A stretch of DNA of 64,000 bases from an uncultured bacterium (lineage in GTDB: Bacteria; Verrucomicrobiota; Verrucomicrobiia; Limisphaerales; UBA8199): positions 32,001 through 96,000 of the forward strand of contig CAVVMW010000014.1 of assembly GCA_963749495.1 (NCBI GenBank). The letters are read 5' to 3'. Below, in pieces: positions 49,595 to 60,504 of the stretch (position 1 is the stretch's first letter; each line of letters starts with the position of its first letter). The translations under genes and the position numbers were made by a program. The notes below the pieces were generated by a model. It made no database searches and was not told the origin of the DNA. It saw only the letters and a list, made by a program, of their open reading frames with translations.

Positions 49595-52137
49595 GCGGTA
49601 TCCATGGGCCAGTGGCCGTTGAGGTTTAGGCCGTATTCGTGGTGGTATGCGGCAGTGAAAAAGACCCCCGGGACGATCTCCTCGAAAAGCATCCTGTATT
49701 CGCGGAACTCGTGTTCGTAGATGTTGACCTGAAAACGCCGCACCATCCGCATAACGCAAGACAACCGGAATGGATCGAACTGCGTGGCGCGCATCAGGCC
49801 TTTCAGGCGCTCGACCGCATGGCCGCGCCCGGACCAGCCTACAAACACGGACGTTGCCGGTGCATCAATCACTTGGAATGCCTTGGCGGTATCCTCAAAC
49901 GCCTGACCCGGACGCAAGTCCCGGTTGATTTTCCGATCTCGAAATTCCGGGTGAGTTGGCCGGTCGAGTGAATCCAATCGAAAGATCCGGTCATAGTAGC
50001 GGACAAACGTGCCTTGAGCGTCCAAGTCGTGTTTCCAAAATGTCGTCTGCGTCTCGGACGTCCCCTGTCGGTACCTCGCATCGGGCGGAAGTTTTTTCGC
50101 TTCCTCGCGTCCTTGGTCCTCAGGGTTGAAGAGAACAACCCTCCCCTTCCGAGGGCGAATTCCATGCCGGTTGCACCGGCCTGCGGCTTGGGCGATCGAA
50201 TCCAGCGGACCGACTGCGCGGAAGAGAACGGGAAAGTCAATATCCACGCCGGCTTCGATACACTGCGTTGCCACCAGAGCGAATCCATCAGGAGTCGTGA
50301 GGAGTTCGCAAGCCTCTCGCAAAACCTCGCGACGATGGGCGGGGCAGAGGTTGGTGGACAGATGGAGAACACGGACACCGCGCTTCAAAAGCTCAAGGCA
50401 TAATTCGTGGGCGTGGCGTTTGAGGTTCACCACAATAAGGCTCTGCGGATAGCGTTGGATGGCGTCGGCGACTTGCGGCCAAGTGCTGAGGCCCGGCAGA
50501 GTTGAATCCCAATCGTAGTCCACGCGCGGGCTGATGGCGAAGGGCTGCGCCGAATCGCTGATCTTATGAAGCGGTGGGAAGCGTTGCAGCAAGGTTTGAA
50601 TCGGTTTGTTATTCGGCTGGGCGGCGGCATATTCGCCAAACTGGATTGCGCTCTGAACGGTTGCGGAGAAATCCGGGAGTGTCGCCGACATGAACACGAA
50701 GGAAGTCCCAGCGAACTCGCAAAACTGCTGGATCATCGCCAAGAGCGGCAGGAGCAAATGGCGCGGAAAGTTTTGGACTTCGTCAAAGATCACAACGGAA
50801 TTGGCGATGTTGTGGAGCTTTCGGCTTGTGGCAGGCGAGTCAGTGAAAAGGCTCTCGAAGAACTGAACGGTCGTGGTCACCACAATCGGCGCGGACCAGT
50901 TTTCCGCAGCCAAATCCAGCGCCGTCGGATTGTCGTCGCGCGCTGACTTGGGAGACGCCGTTGAGAGACTATGATGCTCCAGGACTGCCACTCGCCCGAA
51001 CGCCTCCCGAAACTCTTTGGCCACCTGGTCAATGATGCTGAGGTAGGGTTCGACGATGATTACGCGCCGCAAGCCGTGCCTTTCGGCGTGACGCAACGCG
51101 AAGTTCACGGACCCGAGCGTCTTTCCGCCGCCTGTGGGGACATTCAGCGTGAACATGCCTTGTGGAAGCTGCGAATCTCTCTCGCAGGCGAATCTGACGG
51201 ATTCGCGCAGTGAACGGACTTCCGCCGACTGCTGGGCGGTCGATTTGCTACCGACGAAGGTGTCCAGCACTCCGCGCAGTCGCCGAACATCCGGCGCCTG
51301 CTCACGGTAGGTGTCGCGAGTGAGCGCCTTGCGTCGCTGCGTGCATTGTTCCGTGTCCAACCGGTCGGCGTCAACAAGGGCTGAGAAAAGCAGGCGAGTC
51401 AGGAACTCGCAGGCCAAAGGGTCCCTCGCCTGCGAACGCAAGGACGGGCGCTGCTCTGCAAGGGTTTCCAGACAATCGATCCCGCTCTGGAGGCGGGAGG
51501 CCTCGCGTGGATCACTTGTAAGTGCAAGCTGCTCCTGGAAATCAGCTAGTGCCGCTTTCACTAAATCGGCTGAGGGACCAGAGACACGCTCCTGTCTCTG
51601 GATCCTGTCATTGTTCGCAGACCTACCATTGGCAAGCCCCGCATGGTGGCCGCCAATTGCAAAGCTGGCGGCCATGAATCCCGCAGAGCCTGCGCTTTGG
51701 CAAACGCTGCTCCCGGCGTACGCGTGTGGCGCTTCAGCCTCCAAAGCCCGCAGCAGCAGCTGGAATTTGAGCCGATACTTTCCGAGGTCGTGAAGCAGGC
51801 CCGACAGGTAACCCTCATCCCCCAGTCCGATAAACATGGCGAAGTCGCGGGACTCCTCCGCGACGTTCATCAAGTGCGTGTAGAGGGGTTGCCACCCCAC
51901 TTGGATTTCAGCCAAGTCGCAGAGAGAGTGCTTCGCCCCGGTTCGCTTCCTGAATTCTTCTGCCGTCAAGCACTTGCCAGCAAACCTCCCAAACGTAAAT
52001 AGGGTTTCACCCTTTGCCGCCTGCAGGGTATGAGCGTAAAACCTGATCGTCATCTCAATTTCATTGATTCCTGCGCCTTCAGCGCCTGTGGTGCTGCGGT
52101 TCTCCATCGTGAACATCGCTTTGTGCTGGGTGATCAT
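49591..52137 (-). CDS. cas3: Cas3 HD nuclease-helicase
   Basis: YAH, LLHDLGK, HHAGL, SALVDADRLD, PTGGGKT, DEVQ, SAT, QAAGRCNR. Start codon uncertain. Confidence 0.96.
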   Translation of the reverse strand: MITQHKAMFTMENRSTTGAEGAGINEIEMTIRFYAHTLQAAKGETLFTFGRFAGKCLTAEEFRKRTGAKHSLCDLAEIQVGWQPLYTHLMNVAEESRDFAMFIGLGDEGYLSGLLHDLGKYRLKFQLLLRALEAEAPHAYAGSSVCQSAGSAGFMAASFAIGGHHAGLANGRSANNDRIQRQERVSGPSADLVKAALADFQEQLALTSDPREASRLQSGIDCLETLAEQRPSLRSQARDPLACEFLTRLLFSALVDADRLDTEQCTQRRKALTRDTYREQAPDVRRLRGVLDTFVGSKSTAQQSAEVRSLRESVRFACERDSQLPQGMFTLNVPTGGGKTLGSVNFALRHAERHGLRRVIIVEPYLSIIDQVAKEFREAFGRVAVLEHHSLSTASPKSARDDNPTALDLAAENWSAPIVVTTTVQFFESLFTDSPATSRKLHNIANSVVIFDEVQNFPRHLLLPLLAMIQQFCEFAGTSFVFMSATLPDFSATVQSAIQFGEYAAAQPNNKPIQTLLQRFPPLHKISDSAQPFAISPRVDYDWDSTLPGLSTWPQVADAIQRYPQSLIVVNLKRHAHELCLELLKRGVRVLHLSTNLCPAHRREVLREACELLTTPDGFALVATQCIEAGVDIDFPVLFRAVGPLDSIAQAAGRCNRHGIRPRKGRVVLFNPEDQGREEAKKLPPDARYRQGTSETQTTFWKHDLDAQGTFVRYYDRIFRLDSLDRPTHPEFRDRKINRDLRPGQAFEDTAKAFQVIDAPATSVFVGWSGRGHAVERLKGLMRATQFDPFRLSCVMRMVRRFQVNIYEHEFREYRMLFEEIVPGVFFTAAYHHEYGLNLNGHWPMDTA

Positions 52138-52167
52138 TTACGTATAGCGGGCCACTCAATGGCGACA

Positions 52168-52195
52168 ATCTTACGTTTACCTTGCAATTTGTCAA
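52168..52195 (-). promoter_or_regulatory. cas operon promoter
   Basis: TTGACA-N16-TAAGAT in an AT-rich patch upstream of cas3. Confidence 0.7.
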
Positions 52196-52240
52196 TAGTA
52201 AAAATAGTTAACTTTGAAGGTTTTTGCTTTATTGTCTGAC

Positions 52241-52343
52241 GTTCGCCAACCCTGGCGCGGATTGAAATATTGACTGGCCTGCTATGAGCAGAGAATTCAG
52301 CAGAGAGAGCCGACCGGGCCAAAACTCGGTCGGCTCCTGCTTT
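52241..52343 (+). ncRNA. Putative crRNA-like regulatory RNA (degenerate repeat + promoter-matching spacer + terminal hairpin)
   Basis: GTTCGCCAACCCTGGCGCGGATTGAAAT shares 14 nt with the repeat 3' end; the spacer from 52269 matches 52144-52160 on the minus strand; strong hairpin at 52307-52336. Confidence 0.75.
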
Positions 52344-52609
52344 GGAGTGGTTTGTATCCGTTAGCACGTGAAGTGCGGTGCTCCCGTGGTGCGGTCGATG
52401 CAGATGGTTCGGTGGCAAAAAGGCAACGGGAGTGGCGCTCGCCGTAAGGGCGGCGGGATGGGCCCGGGCGGCCGTGGAAACTGCTGTACGTGCAAAGAAG
52501 CTCATTGCGATGCCAACCATCCTCACGTGTGTCTGGAGGGGATTATGACCCCGACAGGCCGGGGAAGGCAAGGATATTCTGGGGGGATTGGCCGAGGGAC
52601 GAGGGGCGA

Positions 52610-52875
52610 GGGGCGGGGGGAGGGGGCCAGAATGACGAATGACGAATGACGAATGACGAATGACGAAGCGGCGAGGGACAGGGGGCGGGGGGAGGGGGCC
52701 AGAATGACGAATGACGAATGACGAATGACGAATGACGAAGCGGCGAGGGACAGGGGGCGGGAGGAGGGGGCGCAGTGAAACTTGAACCCGGAACCCTGAA
52801 CCGTGAACCCTGAACCGTGAACCCTGAACGGGCAACGTGACAGCATAGCCGATAGGCGATAGCCAATAGCCAAGG
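52610..52875. repeat. Heptamer-repeat patch with a ~71-nt direct duplication
   Basis: (atgacga)n twice, (tgaaccc/g)n and (atagccg/a)n; a related block lies at 53535-53645. Confidence 0.85.
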
Positions 52876-53197
52876 CGAGGGGCAACGCGCGGATGCGCGC
52901 CCTTTGGGGTGCGGGACAAAACAGTAACCATTAGACCTGTTCATTTCCGCGTGTTCCGCGTGTTCCGCGGTTCATTCTTCTTCGGAGCTTTGCCAGCCTC
53001 GCCGGCCATGAAAACCGATCTTATTTACGCTCCAAATCGAGCGCATCGTGGCGGAGCGGGGCCGATACGGCCACGGCAACTGAGGGCAACCGCGGAAAAC
53101 GGAATACGCGGAAAACAGAGCCGCTCAGCGATCACTCGCCACTCGGCAGGATAGTGCGTTCCGCGCGATCCTGGGCGGAGGGATTCCCATCTTTGGG

Positions 53198-53440
53198 TCA
53201 ACCTTGACGAATGACAGCACAGACACGTTCTCGAACAAGATCGCGCCATGCCTCGTCCTCCTCCGGCCTTTCCCAGTCCGGACCCCAGGCCGTTTGGGCC
53301 AGGGGCAGCAGATTCTCGCGGCCCTCGTTGCGGGCGGTCTCCCTGGCCTTGAGGAAGACCAGGAAGTCCAACACTTCCTGTTTGACCAGGTCCGGGGCTG
53401 ACTCGATTTCCTTGATCAGCTCTTGTGTCAACGCGCTCAT
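53198..53440 (-). CDS. DUF2281-like small protein
   Basis: EVLDFLVFLK...DWERPEEDEAW. Confidence 0.75.
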   Translation of the reverse strand: MSALTQELIKEIESAPDLVKQEVLDFLVFLKARETARNEGRENLLPLAQTAWGPDWERPEEDEAWRDLVRERVCAVIRQG

Positions 53441-53728
53441 GGCTCACTTTAATCGATTAGCGGGTATTTCCCAAGCATCGAGTACTCGCGGGCGGGGCAA
53501 GGTCAAGGGTATTCTGCGGTGGCTTGATGGATTTGTGGATTGGCCGAGGGACGAGGGGCCAGAATGACGAATGACGAATGACGAATGACGAATGACGAAT
53601 GACGAATGACGAATGACGAATGACGAATGACGAAGCAGCGAGGGGCGGCGCCGGGATGCGCGCTTTGAGGAGGCTGCACGTTTTGGTTGCCGGGGGGGCG
53701 GGGGCGGGTGTATGGTTCGGGCGTAGAA

Positions 53729-56700
53729 ATGCACTTGACCGTCTTGCCCGCTGTTGCCTGCCGCCCGTTCTGGTTGTGCGCCCTGATTTGCTGTCTCGTC
53801 CTGCCCGCGCCGCCGGCTGCCAGGGCGGACACCGTGGTGGTTTTCAACGAGATCATGTACCACCCCACCAACGCGGCGCTCGCCTGGGTGGAGTTGCACA
53901 ACCAGAACGCAGTGGACGTGGACCTGTCGGGCTGGTCGCTGGCGGGGGCGATAGCTTATCAATTCGCCGAAGGGACGGTGATTCCCGGCAAGGGCTACCT
54001 GGTGGTGGCTGCGTCGCCGGCCGATTTGCAGGCGGCTGCGGGCTTGACGAACGTGCTCGGGCCTTTCGCGGGCCAATTGCCCAGCGCGGGCGGGGACCTC
54101 GAACTGCGCAACAGAAACCAGCGCCTGATGGACAGCATCACTTACGGCGTGGACGGCGACTGGCCGGTCGGCGCGGACGGTTCCGGGGTTTCGCTGGCCA
54201 AGCGGGACGAAGACGCCGCGAGCGGCACGCCCGGCAGTTGGACGGTGAGCGCGCTGGCAGGGGGCACGCCGGGCCGTCGCAACTTCGCGGCTTCGCCGTT
54301 CGATGTCACCAATACAACGCCGCTGCTCATCAACAGCGCCTGGCGGTTCGATGACTCGGGCAATGACCTCGGTTCGGCCTGGCAGCAGAGCGGCTTCGAC
54401 AACAGTGCCTGGGTCTCGGGGCAGGGCCTGTTCCGGGCCGGCAGCGTGGCGCCGCCGGTGGGCAGCCCGCAATCACTGCCGACCGTCTTCAACACCGGCG
54501 TCGGCCCCAACGGCGCCGTGCTCTCGCCGGGCTCGCCCGACCCGCACTATCTGTTGACCCTCTCGGCGCAGAGCGTGCCGCCGCCGCCCTCCATCCCGGC
54601 CACCGTCATCCAGAACCATCCCGCCTGGGCCGCCAATGACGCAGTGTCGAGCTGGATCGGCCCCGTCAACCCAGGCACCGTTAGTGTGGCCGGCGGCGAT
54701 TACAACTATCGCACCACCTTCAGCCTCGATGGTTTCGACCCCTCGACCGCCTCGCTGACCATGAGCGTGGGCGCCGACAACCGGCTGACCAACGTGCTCT
54801 TCAACGGCGTCTCCAAACCAATCACTTACGTGGGATTCGCCACCCTGAGCGCCCCATTCTCGATCACCAGCGGTTTTGTGCCGGGCCTCAACACGCTGGA
54901 TTTCTTCACCGTGAACGATACCACCAGCCCCAACCCCGCCGGCTTCCGCCTCAACCTGGCCGGCACCGGGCGCAGGCTCTTTCCCGTCAACACGACTTTG
55001 TCATCCGGCCGGACGGACTATTACTTCCGGGCGACTTTTGCGCTGGGGGTCGCCCCGCAACTGGCCGCCCTGCAGTTGCGGAGCGTCATCGCGGATGGCG
55101 CTGTCTTTTACCTCAATGGGAACGAGGTCCTGCGCTGGAACATGCCGGCCGGTCCCATCACCGCCGGCACGCTCGCCGTCTCGAACGTGCCCGCTCCCGT
55201 GTATCTCGGCCCGTTCGCCCTGCCGACGGCGCCGCTGGTCACCGGCACGAATGTCCTGGCGGTCGAGGTCCATCCCGCCGCCGGCGGCGCCAACCATCTG
55301 TTGTTTGGCGCCGACCTCTCGCTCAGCGCGACCAACGTGCTGGTCCCCCCGCCGGTCACGCTCGCGTTCAACGAACTGGCCGCAGCCACGAACGCCGGGT
55401 TCTGGTTCGAACTCATCAACTACGGTTCCACCAGCCTGGACGTTCGGGGGCTGCGTGGTGGCGCGGCGTGGCGGTGTGGCGGATGCGGACTACGTGTTTC
55501 CGCCCCAAGGCGTTGCGCCGGGCGCTCTGGTCGTGGTCAGTCAGGCCGAGCTTGGCTTCAGCCCGGACCCGGGCGACCGCCTCTTCCTCTACAGCCCGGG
55601 CAGCGCCAGCGTGCTGGATGGCGTGGTCGCCCAGGCGGAGCCGCGCGGCCGTTTGCCGGACGGCACGGGGCCGTGGTGGTTTCCGACCGCGCCGACGCCC
55701 GGCGCGTCGAACTACTTCGATCTGCACCAGGACGTAGTGATCAATGAGATCATGTATCATCCCCCTGTGCTGCCCAGCGGCCAGACGCCGACCGAGTCGT
55801 GGGTGGAACTGTTCAACCGGAGCGCGAATGCCGTTGACCTGACCGGCTGGGCGCTCCAGGGCACCATCCAGTTTGGCTTTCCCCCGGGCACCGTGCTCGC
55901 GGCGGGCGGATACCTCGTCGTGGCCAAGGACGTGGCGTACGTGCAGACCAATTACCCCGGCATCACGGTCCTGGGGCCGTTCCAGAACAAGCTCCCGCAC
56001 AAGAGCGCCCTCTTGCTGCTGACCGATGCGGCGGGCAATCCCGCCAACCAGGTCTGCTACTTCGATGGCGGACGCTGGCCCGGCTACGCCGACGGCGGCG
56101 GCAGCAGCCTCGAATTGCGCGATCCCTGGGCCGACAACTCGGCAGCGGAGGCCTGGGCCGCCAGCGACCAATCCAAAAGCTGCCCCTGGAGCAACTACAG
56201 CTACCGCGCCGTCGCAACCACCGTCCAGGGCCCCGCCCAGTGGAACGAGTTCGTCATCGGCCTCCTGGACGCCGGCGAGTGCCTCCTGGATGACCTCCAC
56301 GTCGTTGAGTCCCCGGACACCACCCCCGTCGAGATGCTCCAAAATGGCACCTTCGAGACCGGCATGACTGCCTGGCGCGCCCTGGGCGACCATCGCCACA
56401 CCCGCGTCGAGGTGGACCCTGACAACCCGTCCAACCACGTCCTGCACCTGATCTCCACCGGCCCCACCGACCACATGCACAACCATCTGGAGACCACCTA
56501 CGCGGGCGGCCGCGTGGTGACAGACGGGCGCACCTACCAAATCTCGTTCCGGGCCAAATGGCTGGCCGGCAACAACCACCTCAACACGCGCCTCTACTTC
56601 AATCGCGTGGCCCGGACCACGTCTCTGCCGATGCCCTTGCTCCACGGCACGCCCGGCGCTCCCAATTCCACCTACGCCACCAACATCGGCCCCACCTTCA

Positions 56701-59117
56701 CCGCCTTGGGCCACAGCCCCATCATCCCGCAGCCCAATTCGCCTGTCACCATCAGCGCCAGCGCCGCCGACCCGCAGGGCATCAAGGCCCTGACCTTATG
56801 GTGGTCGGCCAATGGCGGGGCCTGGCAAAGCGCCCCCATGCTCGCCCAAGGCCCCTCCGCCACGCTCGGCTATGCGAATTATTCAGGGACCATTCCCGGC
56901 GGGAGCGCCGGCGACGCCGTCCAGTTTTATGTGCAGGCCACCGATGGCCTGGGCGCCGTCTCGACTTTTCCCGCCCTCGGTCCTGGCTCCCGCGCGCTCT
57001 ACAAGGTCGACCAAGCCGAGCCGCTCATGAACCAGTTGCACCGCCTCCGCCTGTGGATGACTGCCGCCGATGCCAACTTTCTCCACGCCCATACCAACGT
57101 CATGAGCGACGAATACCTCGGCTGCACCATCGTCTATGACGAGAGCCAGGTGTTTTATGACGCCGGCGTCCATCTCCAGGCCAGCGAGCGCGGGCGCGAC
57201 GACCCCTCCCGCGTCGGCTTCACCCTCAAGTTCAATCCCGAGCAGCCCTTCCGCGGCACGCAGGGACGCATCGTCCTGGACCGCTCCGGCGGCTACTCGG
57301 GGCTGGGCGGCACGCATGACGAAATCCTCCTCTGGCACGCCATGAACCATGCCGGGGGCGGCCTCCTGGGCGTGGAGTGCGACCTGGTCCAGCTCTTTGC
57401 CTCCAAGTCCGAACTGGACGGCACCGGGCTGATGCGCAAGGCCGACTTCGATACCGAGTATTTCGACGGCCAGTTCAAGAACGGCGGCAACGGCAACCTC
57501 TACAAGCTGGAGCTCTTTTATTACCCGACCACGACCGTGACGGGCGACCCGCAGGCCTGGAAACTGCCCCAGCCTGACAACGTTGAGAACGTGGACATCC
57601 AGGATCTGGGGACCAACAAGGAGTACTATCGCTGGGATTTCGTCCAGATGAATAACGCCGACGCGGATGATTACTCCCAGGTCGTGGCGTTGAACCATGC
57701 CTTCAGCCTCACTGGCTCCAGCCTGGTCGCCCAGACGACCCAGCTCATGGACCTGGATGAATGGATGCGCGCCCTCGCCTTCAAAGAGTTCACCGGCGAC
57801 GCGGACACCTACACCCACGGCCTCAACCACAATTTCAAGATCTACTTCCGCCCCGAGGACGGCAAGGCCCTGGGCCTGCTCTGGGACCAGGACTTCGCCT
57901 TCGTGCAGGACCTGAGCACCAGTTTCCCTCAAGGCAGCTCACCCAACACCTACAAGATCATCACCCTCCCCGGCAACTACCGCATCTACTACAGCCACCT
58001 CCTGGACCTCATGACCACCACCGTCAACAGCGCCCATCTCACTCCCTGGGCCACCCGGTATGCCGGCTTGCTCGGCCAGGATTGGAGCGGCGCGGTCAAC
58101 TATCTCCAACAGCGGGCTAATTTCATCCGCTCCAAGTTGCCCCTGGCGAACCCCTTCGCCATCACCAGCAACGGCGGCAAGGGTTTCGCCACCACCAGCA
58201 GCACCGTCACCCTCACCGGCACCGCCCCGTTGACCGTCCAGGGCATCTCGATCAACGGCCAGGCCTATCCCGTCACCTGGACCAGCCTCACCGCCTGGTC
58301 GTTGGCCGTGCCGCTCCCCGCCTACACCAACCTCCTGGTCGCCCAAGGCCTGGATAAATACAACGGTCTCCTGACCAACGCCCCCGCCTCGATCCTCATC
58401 ACCAACCTCAATCCCATCACCCACAAGACCGTTCTCATCAACGAGTGGATGGCCGAGAGCGCCGCCCCAGGCGGCCTGCCCGACCCCGCCGATGGCAGCG
58501 CCCAGGGCTGGCTCGAACTCTACAACCCGAACGACTCGGCCGTGGACCTCTCCGGCTGCTTCCTCTCCGACAGCCCCACCCAGCCCGGCAAATGGCCGTT
58601 CCCCGCCGGCGCCCTCATCCAACCGCGCGGCTTCCTCCTGATCTGGGCCGACAACCAGACCAGCCTCAACGGCTCGGACACCAACGGCGACCTCCACGCC
58701 AACTTCATCCTCAACCGCCTGGGCCAGACCCTCGGCCTCTATGCCTCGGACCTGACCCCCCTGCACACCGTCACCTTCGGCCCGCAACTCCAGAACGTCA
58801 GCCAGGGCCTCTTTCCCGACGGCAACACCAACGCCCTCTTTTTCATGAGCGATTGGACCCCGCGCGCCCCCAACCGGCTCGGCGCCCCCGCCGCACCCCA
58901 GGTGTGCGGACTCGTGGTCCAGCCCAACGGCGCCATCGCCTTCCAGGCCGCCGTCATCCCCGGACGCACCTACCGCGTGGACTTCAAAGACGACCTGGCC
59001 GCCCCGGCTTGGACCCCGCTCGGCACCAACCTCACCGCCACCGCACCGAGCCTCACTATCCAGGACCCCCTGGCCCCCCCACCCCACCGCTTCTATCGCC
59101 TGGTCCTGCTCCAATAG
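53729..59117 (+). CDS. Large secreted lamin-tail-domain/CotH kinase protein; frameshift near 55445
   Basis: Signal peptide, repeated INEIMYHP...WVEL LTD units, CotH-like region (GDADTY..NHN, LLWDQDFAF), C-terminal RFYRL. Confidence 0.88.
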
Positions 59118-59211
59118 ATTAAACATTCCTCATTCGTCATTCGTCATTCGCCATCTGCTGCCTGGGCGCGCCCCGGCGCCCTATTGCACCGGACGTTGGA
59201 TGACTTTGGTG

Positions 59212-59290
59212 TCTTTGTCGCAACCTTTGTCGCAACCTTTGTCGGATTGGGTCGGTTTCGACAAAGGTTGCGACAAAGGTCGCGACACAG
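59212..59290. repeat. Inverted 12-mer repeat element (ctttgtcgcaac / cgacaaaggttg)
   Basis: A second copy lies at about 63435-63520. Confidence 0.75.
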
Positions 59291-59300
59291 GTCCCGAAAA

Positions 59301-60011
59301 TCACTCAAGCTCCGGTGCAGTGCCCCGGCGTCCGCCCAGCAGGCCCGCCAGCAACACCGCGACGATCCCGGTCAGAAATATCCCGTCGAACTTTCCCGCC
59401 CCGCCGATGGATGCGACGGGCGCGCCCAAGTCCCGGAGCTTGTTCAGGTTCAGCAGGTCGGCCCCGATGAGCGTCCCGAGACTGCCGGCGATATAGGCCA
59501 GCGGCGCGGGGTTTCGGGGCGCGAGTATGAGGGCCACGATGGCCGTGATCACGGGCGCGATGAAGATGGGCACTGCAATTCCCACCCCAGCCACGGGGCG
59601 GGCCATCCAATGAACCACCAGTGTCACAAAAGCCACCGCCAGGAGGCTCTGATCATAGAGCCGGTGCCTGGCGATGAGGTAGAGCGACAGAATAAATGGA
59701 ATGACCGCCCCGCCCAGGTTGACGGCCAGGACCGTGCCCGGCGAGTTGATGAGCACGGGCACCACATATCGCATGCCAAAAGCACACACCACCTCGCCGG
59801 CGTGCCTGTGCTCCCCGGGCAGTTGCAGGATGGGGATGTTGACGAAGCTGCCCACCAGGCACAGGAACAACAGCGCCAGCACATACCGCCGGCTCACTCC
59901 CAGGCTCTCGAAGACGCACTCCAGAATCCCGATCTGGAGCAGCGTCGCCACCAAGGCCAGCACGAACCAGAATGCCAGAAAGAACAGCAGACCGATTGGA
60001 ATATAGAACAT
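59301..60011 (-). CDS. DUF1614-family membrane protein
   Basis: GSFVNIP, AVNLGGAVIP, GTLIGADL, SIGGAGKFDGIFLTG. Confidence 0.9.
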   Translation of the reverse strand: MFYIPIGLLFFLAFWFVLALVATLLQIGILECVFESLGVSRRYVLALLFLCLVGSFVNIPILQLPGEHRHAGEVVCAFGMRYVVPVLINSPGTVLAVNLGGAVIPFILSLYLIARHRLYDQSLLAVAFVTLVVHWMARPVAGVGIAVPIFIAPVITAIVALILAPRNPAPLAYIAGSLGTLIGADLLNLNKLRDLGAPVASIGGAGKFDGIFLTGIVAVLLAGLLGGRRGTAPELE

Positions 60012-60052
60012 CTTACCACTTCATAACCGGCCCGATCTGCAGTGTCAACCGG

Positions 60053-60095
60053 CTACGAAAGTTTTCGTTGACAACTACGAATAGTTTCGTATGAT
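60053..60095 (+). promoter_or_regulatory. Promoter with tandem BlaI-type operators
   Basis: TTGACA-N16-TATGAT overlapped by two imperfect TACGAA-N4-TTCGTA palindromes. Confidence 0.75.
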
Positions 60096-60105
60096 AGGCC
60101 CCGTC

Positions 60106-60504
60106 ATGGCGATTATGAAGAAATCCAAATTCCCCAAACCGACGGACGCGGAGCTCTCGATCCTGCGCGTGCTCTGGGAAAGCGGCCCCAGCACCGTCCG
60201 CCACATCTGGGAGCAGCTCAGCCCGCGGCAGCAGACGGGCTACACGACGATCCTCAAGCTGCTGCAGATCATGCTCGAGAAGGGGCTGGTCCGCCGGGAC
60301 GAGGCGCAGCGGTCCCATGTCTATTGCGCCAGCCTGCGCGAGGGGCAGGCCCAGCGCCAAGCCGTAGGGCACCTGGCCGAGCGCATCTTCGGCGGGTCCG
60401 CCCCGAAGCTGGCCATGCAGGCCCTGGCGGGCGGGAAGGCCACGCGTGAGGAGTTGGCGCAGATCCGGCGGCTGCTCGACAAGATGGAAGGAGGGGCCAA
60501 ATGA
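60106..60504 (+). CDS. BlaI/MecI/CopY-family repressor
   Basis: PTDAELSILRVLW...YTTILKLLQIMLEKGLV...FGGSA. Confidence 0.95.
   Translation: MAIMKKSKFPKPTDAELSILRVLWESGPSTVRHIWEQLSPRQQTGYTTILKLLQIMLEKGLVRRDEAQRSHVYCASLREGQAQRQAVGHLAERIFGGSAPKLAMQALAGGKATREELAQIRRLLDKMEGGAK

Noticed and set aside
52134..53154. ORFs with FVIRHSS repeats upstream of cas3, considered as a peptide toxin or accessory gene
   Set aside because: Translations of heptamer repeats with no sign of real coding sequence.
2350..59117. Frameshifts in CHAT, sigma, nucleotidyltransferase, STAND, cas1 and CotH genes read as programmed frameshifting or pseudogenes
   Set aside because: They are scattered over unrelated genes without accompanying in-frame stops, so sequencing indels are the simpler explanation. 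Cannot be settled without reads.
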